Below are positions 1-10,283 of a stretch of DNA of 64,000 nucleotides, in pieces. Origin of the DNA: a phage; the sequence record NC_135728.1; one strand, given 5' to 3'. The first letter of the stretch is position 1; each line of letters starts with the position of its first letter. Position numbers and translations under genes: made by a program. The notes below the pieces were generated by a model. That model did not search any database, was not told where the DNA came from, and saw nothing but the letters and a program-made list of their open reading frames with translations.

Positions 1-534
1 AACCTTGACGAGTGTAACGTTTGGCAACCCAAAAGGAAACTTGTTAGGGTCAAACTTGAAACTGGCACGTAGCCAACTGATCCCTCTACCTATCATGTCG
101 GGTGACCATGATGGGCAGTGTGTACCCATGAAAGGATCAGATGTTTTTCTGTCGTTATGTAGCTCCCACGATACCAGATCTCCATACGAGGAAATAGGAT
201 TACCGTCGATGAGTATGTCTTCTATACCTTCCAGAGGATGATTAGCAAGAACAATGGCACAATGGAGGGTTCTGTCTCTGTCCTGCTCCAAAAACGCAAG
301 CAGCCCAGACGTGCGTGTCTTCCCATACACTACAGAGCAGGGTGCAGCAGAAGATCTGAGAAGCTTTTGTCTATCTTGCTGACTTCTGTAAGATTTGTTG
401 CCCTCAAAAATCTTATCCAGAGTTCTGGTGGTAACAGTGTTCAGGCTGTCAGCCAGAGCTGCCTTGGATGCGTTCCAGTCATAACTTGAAGATCTTGCAG
501 AAGCAACGATGTTATCAATCATTGCAATTGGCAT
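1..534 (-). CDS. hypothetical structural protein, N-terminal ~177 codons only (gene runs off window start); possible tail-tip/host-specificity-like protein
   Basis: Minus-strand frame open from ATG at 534-532 to position 1; ATG overlaps the stop of the upstream gene (TAATG coupling); absent from the ORF track because no stop lies in the window. Confidence 0.45.
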   Translation of the reverse strand, partial: MPIAMIDNIVASARSSSYDWNASKAALADSLNTVTTRTLDKIFEGNKSYRSQQDRQKLLRSSAAPCSVVYGKTRTSGLLAFLEQDRDRTLHCAIVLANHPLEGIEDILIDGNPISSYGDLVSWELHNDRKTSDPFMGTHCPSWSPDMIGRGISWLRASFKFDPNKFPFGLPNVTLVKV

Positions 535-971
535 TAATACCTCCAGACATCAACAACGATAGAATCTTTCATGTCGAACATAAAGACCCCTTTATCACCT
601 TTCGCCCAAATCTGGTTGTTCCAGAACACACCAGCGGTGAGCCCGTTCAGACCTTCGAAAATGACAATATCTCCACGCTGAACCTGTTTAGGAGTATCCA
701 GCCGAGTCATAAAGAGATCAAAAATAGTAGGCAGGTGTGTGGTTTTGAAACGGAGCATGCACCATCTTTTGCTTTCCAACTCTGTTTTATACGTTCCTTC
801 GAAGTTAGAAAGAAAATCTGTTCCGTACTGGGCATCAACACACTTAGCTGCAAAGGTGCAACAATCGTGGAATCCCCATTCAAAAGGTATGGTGGCCTCT
901 TCGTCAAACACTTTCCACAATCTTTCTTGCCAATCCACTAAACGAGGGTGTGTGCTCATTAAACCTCCCAA
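534..971 (-). CDS. hypothetical protein (145 aa), possible cysteine-peptidase-like tail-associated protein
   Basis: ORF track; tight overlaps with neighbours indicate an operon; HDCC and GDIVIF motifs loosely resemble the NlpC/P60 fold. Confidence 0.45.
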   Translation of the reverse strand: MGGLMSTHPRLVDWQERLWKVFDEEATIPFEWGFHDCCTFAAKCVDAQYGTDFLSNFEGTYKTELESKRWCMLRFKTTHLPTIFDLFMTRLDTPKQVQRGDIVIFEGLNGLTAGVFWNNQIWAKGDKGVFMFDMKDSIVVDVWRY

Positions 972-1525
972 ATGATCGGGCGGCTCGCCACCTGATCCAC
1001 ATATTTAAAAAATCTGTCATTATCGTTTCTTGAGCTGTGGCTTTCCTCCGTGTACCTATAAGGAAAACCTCTTAACCAACTGTTGAAGATGGAAGAGATG
1101 GATATGGACAAAGCACTATTCTCACCTGTCTGAATAGCCATATCTGTTATAAGGCCGTCAAACAAGCCATTAGTTGTAACAGGCAGACCATTCTCCATAG
1201 CGGTAATGTACAACGTGGCACGACAACCAGAATACTCCGTCTTCAGCAGATCACCAACATACTTAGGATCAAACCCGTTCAATGTTGCTACCACAGATCC
1301 GAAGTTGGTGGCATCTTTCTCAGACACAGCAGTTAATGTTGCTGATCCACCTATCCCTATAAAATGTTGCCCCTCAATTACTACAACACCAGTGCCTGAG
1401 CACACCCTGACAGTTCCTGTCGGTAGCTCCAGCTTTGCAGCAATTAAGATCTCAACACCATCAAGCTCCAGCTTTTCAAGAAATAAATTATCTAATGGCG
1501 CTCTGATCATCTTAGAAATCCTCAA
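959..1525 (-). CDS. hypothetical protein (188 aa), tail-module associated
   Basis: ORF track; 13-nt overlap with downstream gene, same strand as tail genes. Confidence 0.45.
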   Translation of the reverse strand: MRISKMIRAPLDNLFLEKLELDGVEILIAAKLELPTGTVRVCSGTGVVVIEGQHFIGIGGSATLTAVSEKDATNFGSVVATLNGFDPKYVGDLLKTEYSGCRATLYITAMENGLPVTTNGLFDGLITDMAIQTGENSALSISISSIFNSWLRGFPYRYTEESHSSRNDNDRFFKYVDQVASRPIIWEV

Positions 1526-2102
1526 AGAAGTTGATAACTATATTATCACCTTTTTGCATAGCATCGACTTTTTGCTTAATTTTATAAATATCTCTGATAT
1601 GAAACCTACCCTTTGGGGATTGAGTTATTATCTTCATAGTATCCCCTGCGGCAATAGGTTTCCTAAGTCTTGGAGATATGCTTATAACAGCAGCCCCAAC
1701 ACCATCGCTGCGTACTGGAGCTGTTACTACTTTCAACTCATCGTTCACAGATATTTTATCACCAGCTCTGGCTATGTCTCTGTTTGGCTCCCACCCGACC
1801 GTCTTCAAAAAATCGTCGTTACCAGTAGGCCCAAGAGCGATTGGCTCATTAGCTGTTACCGAGTGACCGTAAGTTTTAATGAGAAATATGTTCCCATCTT
1901 TATATACCTGATCAACAAAGCTCTTAAGCTCTAACAACTGTGACTCGCTGATATTGGAAACCGTCAAAGTGCCTTTCCAGTTAGGTGTGGCATAGGTTAC
2001 TTTTTGCGTTTTACCTGTAAACGGACTTTTAAACGTAACAATATCTGCTAGCAGCTCCAATCTAATATCTGGAAGGTATCTAGGCCTTTCCCATAAAAAC
2101 AT
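1512..2102 (-). CDS. hypothetical protein (196 aa), tail-module associated
   Basis: ORF track; operon arrangement. Confidence 0.45.
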   Translation of the reverse strand: MFLWERPRYLPDIRLELLADIVTFKSPFTGKTQKVTYATPNWKGTLTVSNISESQLLELKSFVDQVYKDGNIFLIKTYGHSVTANEPIALGPTGNDDFLKTVGWEPNRDIARAGDKISVNDELKVVTAPVRSDGVGAAVISISPRLRKPIAAGDTMKIITQSPKGRFHIRDIYKIKQKVDAMQKGDNIVINFFEDF

Positions 2103-2164
2103 TGTGCCTCCAGGTTAAACAATCATGATAGTTATTTTACCAGATTTTAAGTTAATACGCAATA

Positions 2165-2194
2165 TAAACAAAAAGCCCCCGCCGAAGCGAGGGC
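2165..2194 (-). terminator. rho-independent terminator (GC hairpin with UUCG loop followed by U-run on minus strand)
   Basis: Plus-strand aaaaa-gcccccgccgaagcgagggc; on the minus strand a GC stem with TTCG tetraloop then T-run, just after the stop of the 2200-2532 gene. Confidence 0.6.
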
Positions 2195-2199
2195 AATAC

Positions 2200-2532
2200 T
2201 TAAAATACTTCCAAGGTAGACGCTGGAGGGTCGAACATGTTCAATTTCATCGACTCTACAACTTTTCCGCTTTTTGAGATAATGTTTTCTGCACCTTCGT
2301 CCAGAGTTAAAACATTAACATAAAACAATTCGCTTTTCTCACAAACAGGATAGACAACCATGTTGCCAAACTCATCTTCTGCCTCATAGGTATCTCCCGT
2401 CTCTGTGTAAACAAAGCCAGCAACCTCTACAAGAAGTGTGTTTTGCAACACCTCATTTTCGTAAAAGCCGATTTCATCCATGAAACCGTTGAAGTCCTCC
2501 CTGTCAGTGAACCCGAGGGTAAAGGTATTCAT
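2200..2532 (-). CDS. hypothetical protein (110 aa), possibly fibre assembly/tail accessory
   Basis: ORF track; start-stop overlap with upstream fibre gene at 2532. Confidence 0.45.
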   Translation of the reverse strand: MNTFTLGFTDREDFNGFMDEIGFYENEVLQNTLLVEVAGFVYTETGDTYEAEDEFGNMVVYPVCEKSELFYVNVLTLDEGAENIISKSGKVVESMKLNMFDPPASTLEVF

Positions 2533-5500
2533 TATTCAACACTCTCCATCATAAGTTGGGTATCTGTCAGCGCAGAGTTCCAAACTCTTATGTCCTTAAT
2601 ATGACCAAACAAATGTCTTTCTCCTGTTGCCGTTTGACCACCGATACGGATGAAAGCTCCTCCTGCCAGGAACTCCCAAGAAGACTGTGTTTCAGTGCTC
2701 ACCAGTCCGTTAGCAAAAGAGCAAGTTTTACCGTCTTCTTTTATCCTGAACCCCATCTTCAGTTTACGCGCTTTAGCCATCTCGTAGACACGTCTGTTTG
2801 ACCCTCCAATATCGCAGTATGGATACCCATCCTCTGCAATATTTGTTGCAGAACCAAACCCGAGAATAAAAGCTGCGCTCGTCTGGTGTCCTTCTGTGTC
2901 TATAACCCTAGGGGCTGCGTTAGGAGCTTTGCCCCAACCTCTCCAGTTAGCATCCACAGTAGCGGCGATAGTGAACGGTCTAGGTGCTAAGTTATCCGTC
3001 ATCGGGAATTTGCAAAGGTCTGCCGCTCTAGTTACAGGTGAAGATCCTGTGGGAATAAACGAGGACTCGCAAGAACCTAACTCAAATTGAGGTATTGCAA
3101 CATCAACCCAATCCCCTACAACATGCTGAGCACCTTCAGGTGGAGAAATCTGGAACTGGCACCCGATATTCTTGTCAGAGGCCACTGCCTCAAACGTAGC
3201 GGCAATCCTTACCCAAGCAGGTCCGGCTGTTTGCCATCTCTCAGCTTTTACTTTAATTCTCCCAGCTGCACCACCTGTTGTTTTAACTTCAAGTGTTGAC
3301 AGGTTAACATAAGCGTCACCTTGGAATACTGTGGTGGATCCGTCATACATGTCGAATCTTACACGTAATCTCTGGTTCGCTTTACCTCCCCTTGCAATAA
3401 TAGACCCAGTACAGAATTTCTCAGCACCTGTCACATCGGCACCTCTGGTGGCTGGAACTGTAGCAAGGTTTAACGCTGTTGTTTCCACACCGGATGCAGT
3501 GTTTACTGTAAATCTTGCACCTTTTGTGCCGTTGGTGTTTGTTACAGTACCACCAACAGTAATCTGTTGACTGGCTCCCCATTTACTAGGGTCTTCACTG
3601 TTAAGCATTAGGTTTGTCCTTTGCCCTTCAATAAGCAGACCATCTCTTTCAAACCGAGGATGATCGTTCTGAGCAGTAACCATCACACCGCGTTTAGAAA
3701 AGTATGTTGCTGTAGAAGGTCTGGAGAATACCATCTCTCCCTCACCAAGTGCAGGTTTTAAGTTGGAGGTCAAAGGTAACCAAAGATCAGGCATAACTGG
3801 GGCGGTTGTGCTTTCCGGGAAGCTTGTTCTCTTCCAAGGACTCCAAGCCATTCCACTACCAGTGTTATTATAATACCTTTCCCATGTTCCACCAAGGTAC
3901 ATCTTGTAGATCTGAATACAGCCCGTGCCCTCGTTAGCAGAGTTTCTAAGCACAATCAGCGTACCAGCCATCTGCTGTCCAGGCGGGTAATGTCTTTCAG
4001 CTGTAGCGTTAGCATTCGCCTCTTGATGGTAGATACCTTCACGATCTGCTTTATAATCGTTAAGGTCGCTATTCCCCAGTCCTTGACCACGGTGCTGAAT
4101 AACCTTGTTCCACGCTCTGTGATTTCCCTGCTCTATGGAACGGGTATATAGCTGATCTAATCGACCTGCTATCTGGAAAGCATAGTTCCCAGAGAATGCC
4201 ACAGACAACCCGCCAACAACCATCGAACCTTCAGGCCCGTTAACATTACCAGCCATTATTTTAGAAGGGTTGTTATTCCCGAACTGGTTGTTCCAGTCTG
4301 CACCTGTGTGGCATACAAAACCACCAGGAGCTGAGAAAGTGCCATCTTTGTTGAAGTTGTAGAATCTATGGGATGAACCAACAACATCTCTAACAATGAC
4401 CTGACCAGCCTCTGGGGTAGACCTGAACTCTGCCTGACCTTTGAGACCAGCACCATTACCGCATTTAGAGGTAAATGTACCGTTAGTTAAGTCCTCTGTC
4501 CCATCTGATGCACACTGGAATCCTGCATTAGAGAATAAAGCCTTTCTAGGGCTGCCGTAGCACAAATAGTCAAGACCGTCTGCCCATAGCTCGACTTTTG
4601 GCATATTCATTTTGCTCATCACAGCATAGCGTTCAGCAGTGCCTATATAGTGCCACTGTGTACCGCCGCCAGTGTAGAATCCAGAGGTACCTTTGAAGTC
4701 AACAATAGGTCTGGTGTTGGTATTGTTATCTCCAAGAACAGCAAGATTCAAATCTGCCGACTGGAGAGGTGCAACAAACTTAACCCCGTCCTGATTGTTT
4801 GTTACAGAACCAACCTGGTAGTCTTGTTCTTTGGTAAACACCTCTAAAACATTTCTACTTGCGTATATGCTGACAGGGAAAGCACGCGCCTCTGCATAGA
4901 AAGCAACATATTCTTGTTTACCCCTTGTTGGAGCAACCATCCCAAGAATTGCTTTTTCATTCTGGTAGAAATTTACTACTCCGTAGAAAGAGTCCCCTCT
5001 ATCTGTCCACCCACCAGTTCTATAATGACACTGTAAGGTAGCACAGTTCATGGGGTCACCACCAGATGACGACCTAGTAACTATGGTAATATCGGTGCCA
5101 GTAGCTGGAGCATAATACGGATCTGTTCTAACTATAATTGGGTAGTATTTCCCATCTTCCATCCCTGCGGTTCTTGGCAGCGTTAAGAAATCTTTTACGC
5201 CTGCAGCTATAGGAACTCTAAACAGATTCTGAGCCTCTGCCAAAGTTGTAGCCCCAGTACCACCTGCGGCTTGCGGTAAAGGTTCCCACTTGGCCTTCCG
5301 GTTGTTATAAACACCCCATTCCAGAGTGCCGTTACCGGATTCATCCATCCCGCCATCCCAGATGACCATCTTGGCGGCTTTCTTGGATCCCCAGAAGCCT
5401 CTTTCTGCTCCTGAACTACGGATCCACTCTCCGAGTCCCCAGTTTGTCAGCTGACCAGTAAGATCCCCAACCTGCATGTATTTAGGGCAGTCTAGCACGC

Positions 5501-6971
5501 CGTCTTCTCGGAAACCTAAATATCTATGGGTTTCAGATCCTTTTGCACCTTTGTGCAGGTGGATTGTCAACCAAGCCTTATTGTCGTTTCTTACCTCAGA
5601 ATAGATCCTATAACCATGCTCAAGAACACCATCAGTATTATATTTATCTCCATGGAGAATACCTGAGGCAGATTTAACATCTCCAGAGTATTGAGCTAAG
5701 TAAAGGTGCCCGAAGGCTGGTGAGTTGTTTTTACCAAGGCCGATATGAGATCTGAAGGTATCATCGTTACGAGGTCTGACCATCGGCTGCCATGCAGTCC
5801 ACTGATTTGTGTTGGCCTGATAGGTTCTCAAATACCAAACATCTACGTTAGAGAATGGATAGTATTCCTGACGACAACCTGCACCGCCGTTAGCATTGTT
5901 CTGCCAAACAATCAGGTGACCAGCACCAGAACCTGCTGGGTAACCATTTGCCTCGGTGGCATTGGCAGTCATGGGCTGGTAGTATACACCATCCTGATTG
6001 CCAGTCAAATTGTTAATATTGAAATTTGCCTCAAGGGCTGCACGTTGTTTATAAAAAGTTCCTAAATTAATACGTGCACCTGCGGCATCTCTGGCACCTG
6101 TACCACCTTGCTCTATAGCAAGAGGTTGCCATGAAGATGTCTGTTGGTTCCACATGCCCCAACGACCTGTTGCATCAAGCTGCAAGTACCCGGCTGTGTT
6201 TACATCATCACCAGCACGAATAACGGTTCTTGTTGGGTTGTTTGCCTCTAGGCGTTTAAATTCATCACGAAGTGCTATTCTTTTTGTTGTTGCTACACCG
6301 TTGGTTACTGCAATGGTGTACATAGCTCCGGAGGTAGCGCCACGGAAAATACCATCAACAGTTGTAGTATCACGACGAGATACCACACCGTTCAGGAATT
6401 TTTCACCAGCTGCTACGGAAGGGTAGTTAGTAGTTCTTCCCTCTTCAATAACTGCAGGGCCAACAAAATTGACAAGGTGAATAACATCGCCTACAGTGTG
6501 CACGGTACCAAAATCTACCCGCTGTGCAAGTGCTTTAGCATCGTTGGCGGTCTTAACTGTAACATCCATTACATCCTGGACAGACTGACCTTCAGCTGTC
6601 ATAATCATGGATGCGCCAATAGTTGATTCCAGCTCCTCTCTTAATGATGGATCTGTATATACCATCCATGCAGCATCAGTAATCCCACCATCGGAGTACG
6701 GTGAAGATAGTGCAGGAACGGTGTGCGGAAATTCGCCTTTCCAACGCAGGTAGAGGTCTTCCTCTTCGAAGTAGGCAAAATCCATTGGGCCGTTTAACTT
6801 ACCACCTTCCTTAAAGGAGATTACATGAGAAACAGTCCCATCCACATGGACAACATCGCCAATTTTTACACGACGAGTCAGGTCTGGTTGTTGAACAACC
6901 AGGTAATCATCCTCTGTCACTGCGGTAGTGGCAGGAAGAGATTCAATTCTGACAACTTTAATATCAGCCAT
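2532..6971 (-). CDS. long tail fibre protein (1479 aa)
   Basis: Very large ORF in tail module; internal duplicated segments (NNANGGAGCRQEYY / NSANEGTGCIQIYK); C-terminal lectin-like region; N-terminal motif shared with the 9606-10274 protein. Confidence 0.75.
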   Translation of the reverse strand: MADIKVVRIESLPATTAVTEDDYLVVQQPDLTRRVKIGDVVHVDGTVSHVISFKEGGKLNGPMDFAYFEEEDLYLRWKGEFPHTVPALSSPYSDGGITDAAWMVYTDPSLREELESTIGASMIMTAEGQSVQDVMDVTVKTANDAKALAQRVDFGTVHTVGDVIHLVNFVGPAVIEEGRTTNYPSVAAGEKFLNGVVSRRDTTTVDGIFRGATSGAMYTIAVTNGVATTKRIALRDEFKRLEANNPTRTVIRAGDDVNTAGYLQLDATGRWGMWNQQTSSWQPLAIEQGGTGARDAAGARINLGTFYKQRAALEANFNINNLTGNQDGVYYQPMTANATEANGYPAGSGAGHLIVWQNNANGGAGCRQEYYPFSNVDVWYLRTYQANTNQWTAWQPMVRPRNDDTFRSHIGLGKNNSPAFGHLYLAQYSGDVKSASGILHGDKYNTDGVLEHGYRIYSEVRNDNKAWLTIHLHKGAKGSETHRYLGFREDGVLDCPKYMQVGDLTGQLTNWGLGEWIRSSGAERGFWGSKKAAKMVIWDGGMDESGNGTLEWGVYNNRKAKWEPLPQAAGGTGATTLAEAQNLFRVPIAAGVKDFLTLPRTAGMEDGKYYPIIVRTDPYYAPATGTDITIVTRSSSGGDPMNCATLQCHYRTGGWTDRGDSFYGVVNFYQNEKAILGMVAPTRGKQEYVAFYAEARAFPVSIYASRNVLEVFTKEQDYQVGSVTNNQDGVKFVAPLQSADLNLAVLGDNNTNTRPIVDFKGTSGFYTGGGTQWHYIGTAERYAVMSKMNMPKVELWADGLDYLCYGSPRKALFSNAGFQCASDGTEDLTNGTFTSKCGNGAGLKGQAEFRSTPEAGQVIVRDVVGSSHRFYNFNKDGTFSAPGGFVCHTGADWNNQFGNNNPSKIMAGNVNGPEGSMVVGGLSVAFSGNYAFQIAGRLDQLYTRSIEQGNHRAWNKVIQHRGQGLGNSDLNDYKADREGIYHQEANANATAERHYPPGQQMAGTLIVLRNSANEGTGCIQIYKMYLGGTWERYYNNTGSGMAWSPWKRTSFPESTTAPVMPDLWLPLTSNLKPALGEGEMVFSRPSTATYFSKRGVMVTAQNDHPRFERDGLLIEGQRTNLMLNSEDPSKWGASQQITVGGTVTNTNGTKGARFTVNTASGVETTALNLATVPATRGADVTGAEKFCTGSIIARGGKANQRLRVRFDMYDGSTTVFQGDAYVNLSTLEVKTTGGAAGRIKVKAERWQTAGPAWVRIAATFEAVASDKNIGCQFQISPPEGAQHVVGDWVDVAIPQFELGSCESSFIPTGSSPVTRAADLCKFPMTDNLAPRPFTIAATVDANWRGWGKAPNAAPRVIDTEGHQTSAAFILGFGSATNIAEDGYPYCDIGGSNRRVYEMAKARKLKMGFRIKEDGKTCSFANGLVSTETQSSWEFLAGGAFIRIGGQTATGERHLFGHIKDIRVWNSALTDTQLMMESVE

Positions 6972-7006
6972 TCTTTCTCCTGAAAGGGGGCAAACAGCCC
7001 CCTATG

Positions 7007-9604
7007 TTAAAGGTACAATCCACGGTATTGAGCATAAAGGCCCAGACCGCGAAGGATTTCGCCAGAGTGATAGCCAACCGGATCAGAAACTGCCCAGCAG
7101 CCGTTTAAAACATTATCCCCATTAATGAAGTGGTGCTTTTGCAGTAGCTTCACACAGGCCTCTACAACAATATCTATTTGGGGTATTGTCTCTGAATACC
7201 CGCACAGACCTAGCCAGCAGCAACCTGCAAGCCATTCACCTACCACCCACATCCTGTCGCCTCTATCTTGATAAGAATATCCCCCAGAGGTGTTAAAGTC
7301 TGTAGGTAGGTTTCCTGAATGAGATGACTGGAATCTGTTGAGAAACCATGCCCATTTCTGGCAGAACAGGAATAATCTTTCATCAACAGGTTCTTTATGT
7401 TTCTTGAGCTCATAGATTGTGCGGCACGCAGCAACAAAAGATCTTGACTGGAGTTTAGAGTTATCTACCATCTCCCACCAACCAGTCAACCCTTCATTAC
7501 CTCTTTGCCATACATAACGTGAGGCAACTGGACCCTCTGTCTTAAATGTATTATTATACCAGACTTGAGCGTCATACAGAAAGCCTATTGTATTTGACAA
7601 TCTATGGCGATCTATGTTTTCTGCACCCATGCAGTATACTGCTGGGTATTGCATGCCAGGGTAGGGCCAATTTGGCTTTTCCTCTAAGAGATAGTTTTCC
7701 TTATCTATCACCTTTCCGGCAGGGAACACACCTGGTGTGTGCCTGTATGCACCTTGCTTGTAGTTTCTGACATAGCAATCACCAACCTTAGCGGTTGATT
7801 CTGTCTTGCTTGCCATCCATACGCTAAACCATATTAGATAAGCATCCCTATCTGCAATATAGAACTGCGGCAGCGTGTTTACGCAGTACAGATCAAACAA
7901 GCCATTGCCTATCTGCCTGTCGCTTAGGCTGAAATCTACAGAGGTGAGTCCCTTAGGATTAGCAAAGAAAGGTTTAATCTCTTCTTCGGTGTGATGAGGT
8001 TGTGTCGGATCTAGTTTGAAATCTCCTAGAGTAAGAGTTTCTGTTATCCATTGTCCATTAGTGGCATATAGATCAGCATACCATAACCACCTATCTTTGT
8101 CAAGAAATTTGACCCTTACCATCTCATCATCTGATCGATAAGTTACTGAGTTTAAAGAAATCTCTCTCCCAAAATTGAAAGTTACTTTACCTCTTGCTAT
8201 ATTACAACGGGTGAAGTTGTCAGAGTGGTTGTAAATGTCGGTATCATACTGCATACTAACACTAGCGCCACCGCTTACGACAATGTTTTCCTCTTTAGGT
8301 AAGAGATACGGATTACCGTCTTTACCAACTACCTCTACGAAATCAGTAACCTTGGCAACTATTTCTGTTACCTCTGCCCCTCCAAAAGGAACCCCTATCC
8401 TGTACTGTTTTTTGTTATTGTTGCCATCATTAAGGATGAAATGTGGCTGGAACAGAACCCCTTCTCCTCCGAAATTCATAACAATTTCAGCATCTCTGCC
8501 TATTTTGTATGTAGTCCCTTTTTGAATTATTTCGCAAGGCTGGCGTGCGTTCATTCTAAAATTGATATACCCGTCACTGTCCCTGCTCATGGCAGGAACT
8601 GTTCCTGCAACAAGGCAAGTACCATCTGTAAACGGTGCCTTAATCAACGTGGTCTTCCTAAACAGTTTGTCGTAGGCGTTTATATCACTGAAATTAAGCA
8701 ATTTGTTGTAAGACTGTTTAAACGCGGTGTAATACTTTTCCTCACCTGTCAAGGTGTAGAGTTGATAACAAGCGTCACACCACATTTCTTCCCCGTCCAA
8801 CTCTGGGGCCTGATTATCTGCAACCACGTTTATAGGATTTACAATTACAGGGGATCCTGCAGGTATCACCGATCCGCCCTGCTCTTGAGGTAATCTTACA
8901 CAATAGGTCACCTTGTGGCTGCCTGTAACACCCTTATCTTGTAATTGGATTGTGCCGAACTCTACAGACGTATGACCACTGTCGGCTATGCTACCGTTAG
9001 CCCAATAGCGGTTACCATCCCATGCTATGTACCACTCAACCCCCCAACTTAATCCGGATGTTGTCCAATCTGGGTTAGCATCTGTGCCACCGTAAACATC
9101 GGAGTCTACAGTATCTCTTCCTAACACACCGTTATACGCTTGGAATGCCTTGTCAAGGTATTCCCCCCATGTCGGAGATCCAGCTGGGATTTTTCCTCTA
9201 CCGTTGGTAAAAGACACCACCACATCTTTAAACCCACCATGTGATGGAACCCCATCTGTGGATAGAGGGTAGTGGGACAATCTTTGCATTTTACTTTCTA
9301 CTGCATATGCACCCAGAAGATGACTATTGTAAGCTTCCCAAGCATCTTTTGCCCTATCCAGATAGAAATCGCTTTTCGATGCCCTGTATGCTTCAATGTA
9401 TCCCAGAATCAACACAGCTTGGGACTCATGCATTGCCCAATCATTATTTATCTTATTACCTGCCCACCCTGCAGCTATAAGACCATCAGGGTTTACTAAC
9501 TTATTTTGAGTATGGGTGTTGGTAATACCTGTGTTGTTATCGAGGCACTTCCTGTGCCCCTCAATCATCTGAAATACGTTATCAATGTTGTGTTGAATAC
9601 GCAT
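7007..9604 (-). CDS. tail fibre/tailspike-like protein (865 aa), possible carbohydrate-active domain
   Basis: Large ORF between baseplate and fibre genes; composition suggests a glycoside-hydrolase-like fold (weak, by eye). Confidence 0.4.
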   Translation of the reverse strand: MRIQHNIDNVFQMIEGHRKCLDNNTGITNTHTQNKLVNPDGLIAAGWAGNKINNDWAMHESQAVLILGYIEAYRASKSDFYLDRAKDAWEAYNSHLLGAYAVESKMQRLSHYPLSTDGVPSHGGFKDVVVSFTNGRGKIPAGSPTWGEYLDKAFQAYNGVLGRDTVDSDVYGGTDANPDWTTSGLSWGVEWYIAWDGNRYWANGSIADSGHTSVEFGTIQLQDKGVTGSHKVTYCVRLPQEQGGSVIPAGSPVIVNPINVVADNQAPELDGEEMWCDACYQLYTLTGEEKYYTAFKQSYNKLLNFSDINAYDKLFRKTTLIKAPFTDGTCLVAGTVPAMSRDSDGYINFRMNARQPCEIIQKGTTYKIGRDAEIVMNFGGEGVLFQPHFILNDGNNNKKQYRIGVPFGGAEVTEIVAKVTDFVEVVGKDGNPYLLPKEENIVVSGGASVSMQYDTDIYNHSDNFTRCNIARGKVTFNFGREISLNSVTYRSDDEMVRVKFLDKDRWLWYADLYATNGQWITETLTLGDFKLDPTQPHHTEEEIKPFFANPKGLTSVDFSLSDRQIGNGLFDLYCVNTLPQFYIADRDAYLIWFSVWMASKTESTAKVGDCYVRNYKQGAYRHTPGVFPAGKVIDKENYLLEEKPNWPYPGMQYPAVYCMGAENIDRHRLSNTIGFLYDAQVWYNNTFKTEGPVASRYVWQRGNEGLTGWWEMVDNSKLQSRSFVAACRTIYELKKHKEPVDERLFLFCQKWAWFLNRFQSSHSGNLPTDFNTSGGYSYQDRGDRMWVVGEWLAGCCWLGLCGYSETIPQIDIVVEACVKLLQKHHFINGDNVLNGCWAVSDPVGYHSGEILRGLGLYAQYRGLYL

Positions 9605-9605
9605 C

Positions 9606-10274
9606 TTAGATAGCTCCTGCGATAATCAGTGCTCCGTACCAAGTTAACCCGTTGTCGTAGGTTTCCAACTTGAAAATGTCTGTTGCACCAGCTGTAAATG
9701 TTAGGATAGGATCTCTTCCGTAGGCCCATTTAACATTATCAGGCCAATAGACTTTGTTGCCGCCAGCGGTCTGAGTAATGCATACGGTTATAGTTCTCGC
9801 CACCCCTTCAAGACCTTCTGTTTGATTTTCAAAAGAGATTGTGGTATTTGAAGTTAGTCGAACTTTAAAGGTGTCTGCAACTTCAAGATCCATATCAAGC
9901 TGACCACCGATAGATCCGTAATCAACTATCCTGCCAGAAGAAGTTGCAGCAAGCTCACCAAAAACAGACCATGCTTTTGCAGACACACCCCCAGCACCCT
10001 CTACAGTGGAGTCTGGGAGGATTATTTTAGGATAATCCCCGTTCCACGTGTAGTAGCGCTTGGTCTCTGGATCATAGGCAAAGTCCTTCTTGCTCTTAAG
10101 ATAACCACCCTCTGTGAAATAGATTATTTTAGTAATGCTGAGATCGTTGACAACATCATCAATCTTAGCCTTTCTTGTCCCATCAGTCTGGTTGACAACC
10201 AAGAAGTCATCACTCAGGACTGTTTCTGCATCTTCAAGATCTGGAATTGGTATTGTAGGATAAGCTACAGCCAT
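9606..10274 (-). CDS. tail fibre-related protein (222 aa) sharing the N-terminal attachment motif of the long fibre
   Basis: N-terminus LSDDFLVVNQTDGTRKAKIDDVV parallels DDYLVVQQPDLTRRVKIGDVV of the 1479-aa protein. Confidence 0.5.
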   Translation of the reverse strand: MAVAYPTIPIPDLEDAETVLSDDFLVVNQTDGTRKAKIDDVVNDLSITKIIYFTEGGYLKSKKDFAYDPETKRYYTWNGDYPKIILPDSTVEGAGGVSAKAWSVFGELAATSSGRIVDYGSIGGQLDMDLEVADTFKVRLTSNTTISFENQTEGLEGVARTITVCITQTAGGNKVYWPDNVKWAYGRDPILTFTAGATDIFKLETYDNGLTWYGALIIAGAI

Positions 10275-10283
10275 GATTTCTCC

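Noticed and set aside
5-941. Plus-strand ORFs 5-241, 238-489 and 468-941 at the window start
   Set aside because: They lie antisense to tightly coupled minus-strand genes (partial gene 1-534 and 534-971) with proper starts and stop/start overlaps; judged to be shadow ORFs.
1206-1934. 242-aa plus-strand ORF
   Set aside because: Entirely antisense to the minus-strand operon genes 959-1525 and 1512-2102; no RBS; low-complexity translation.
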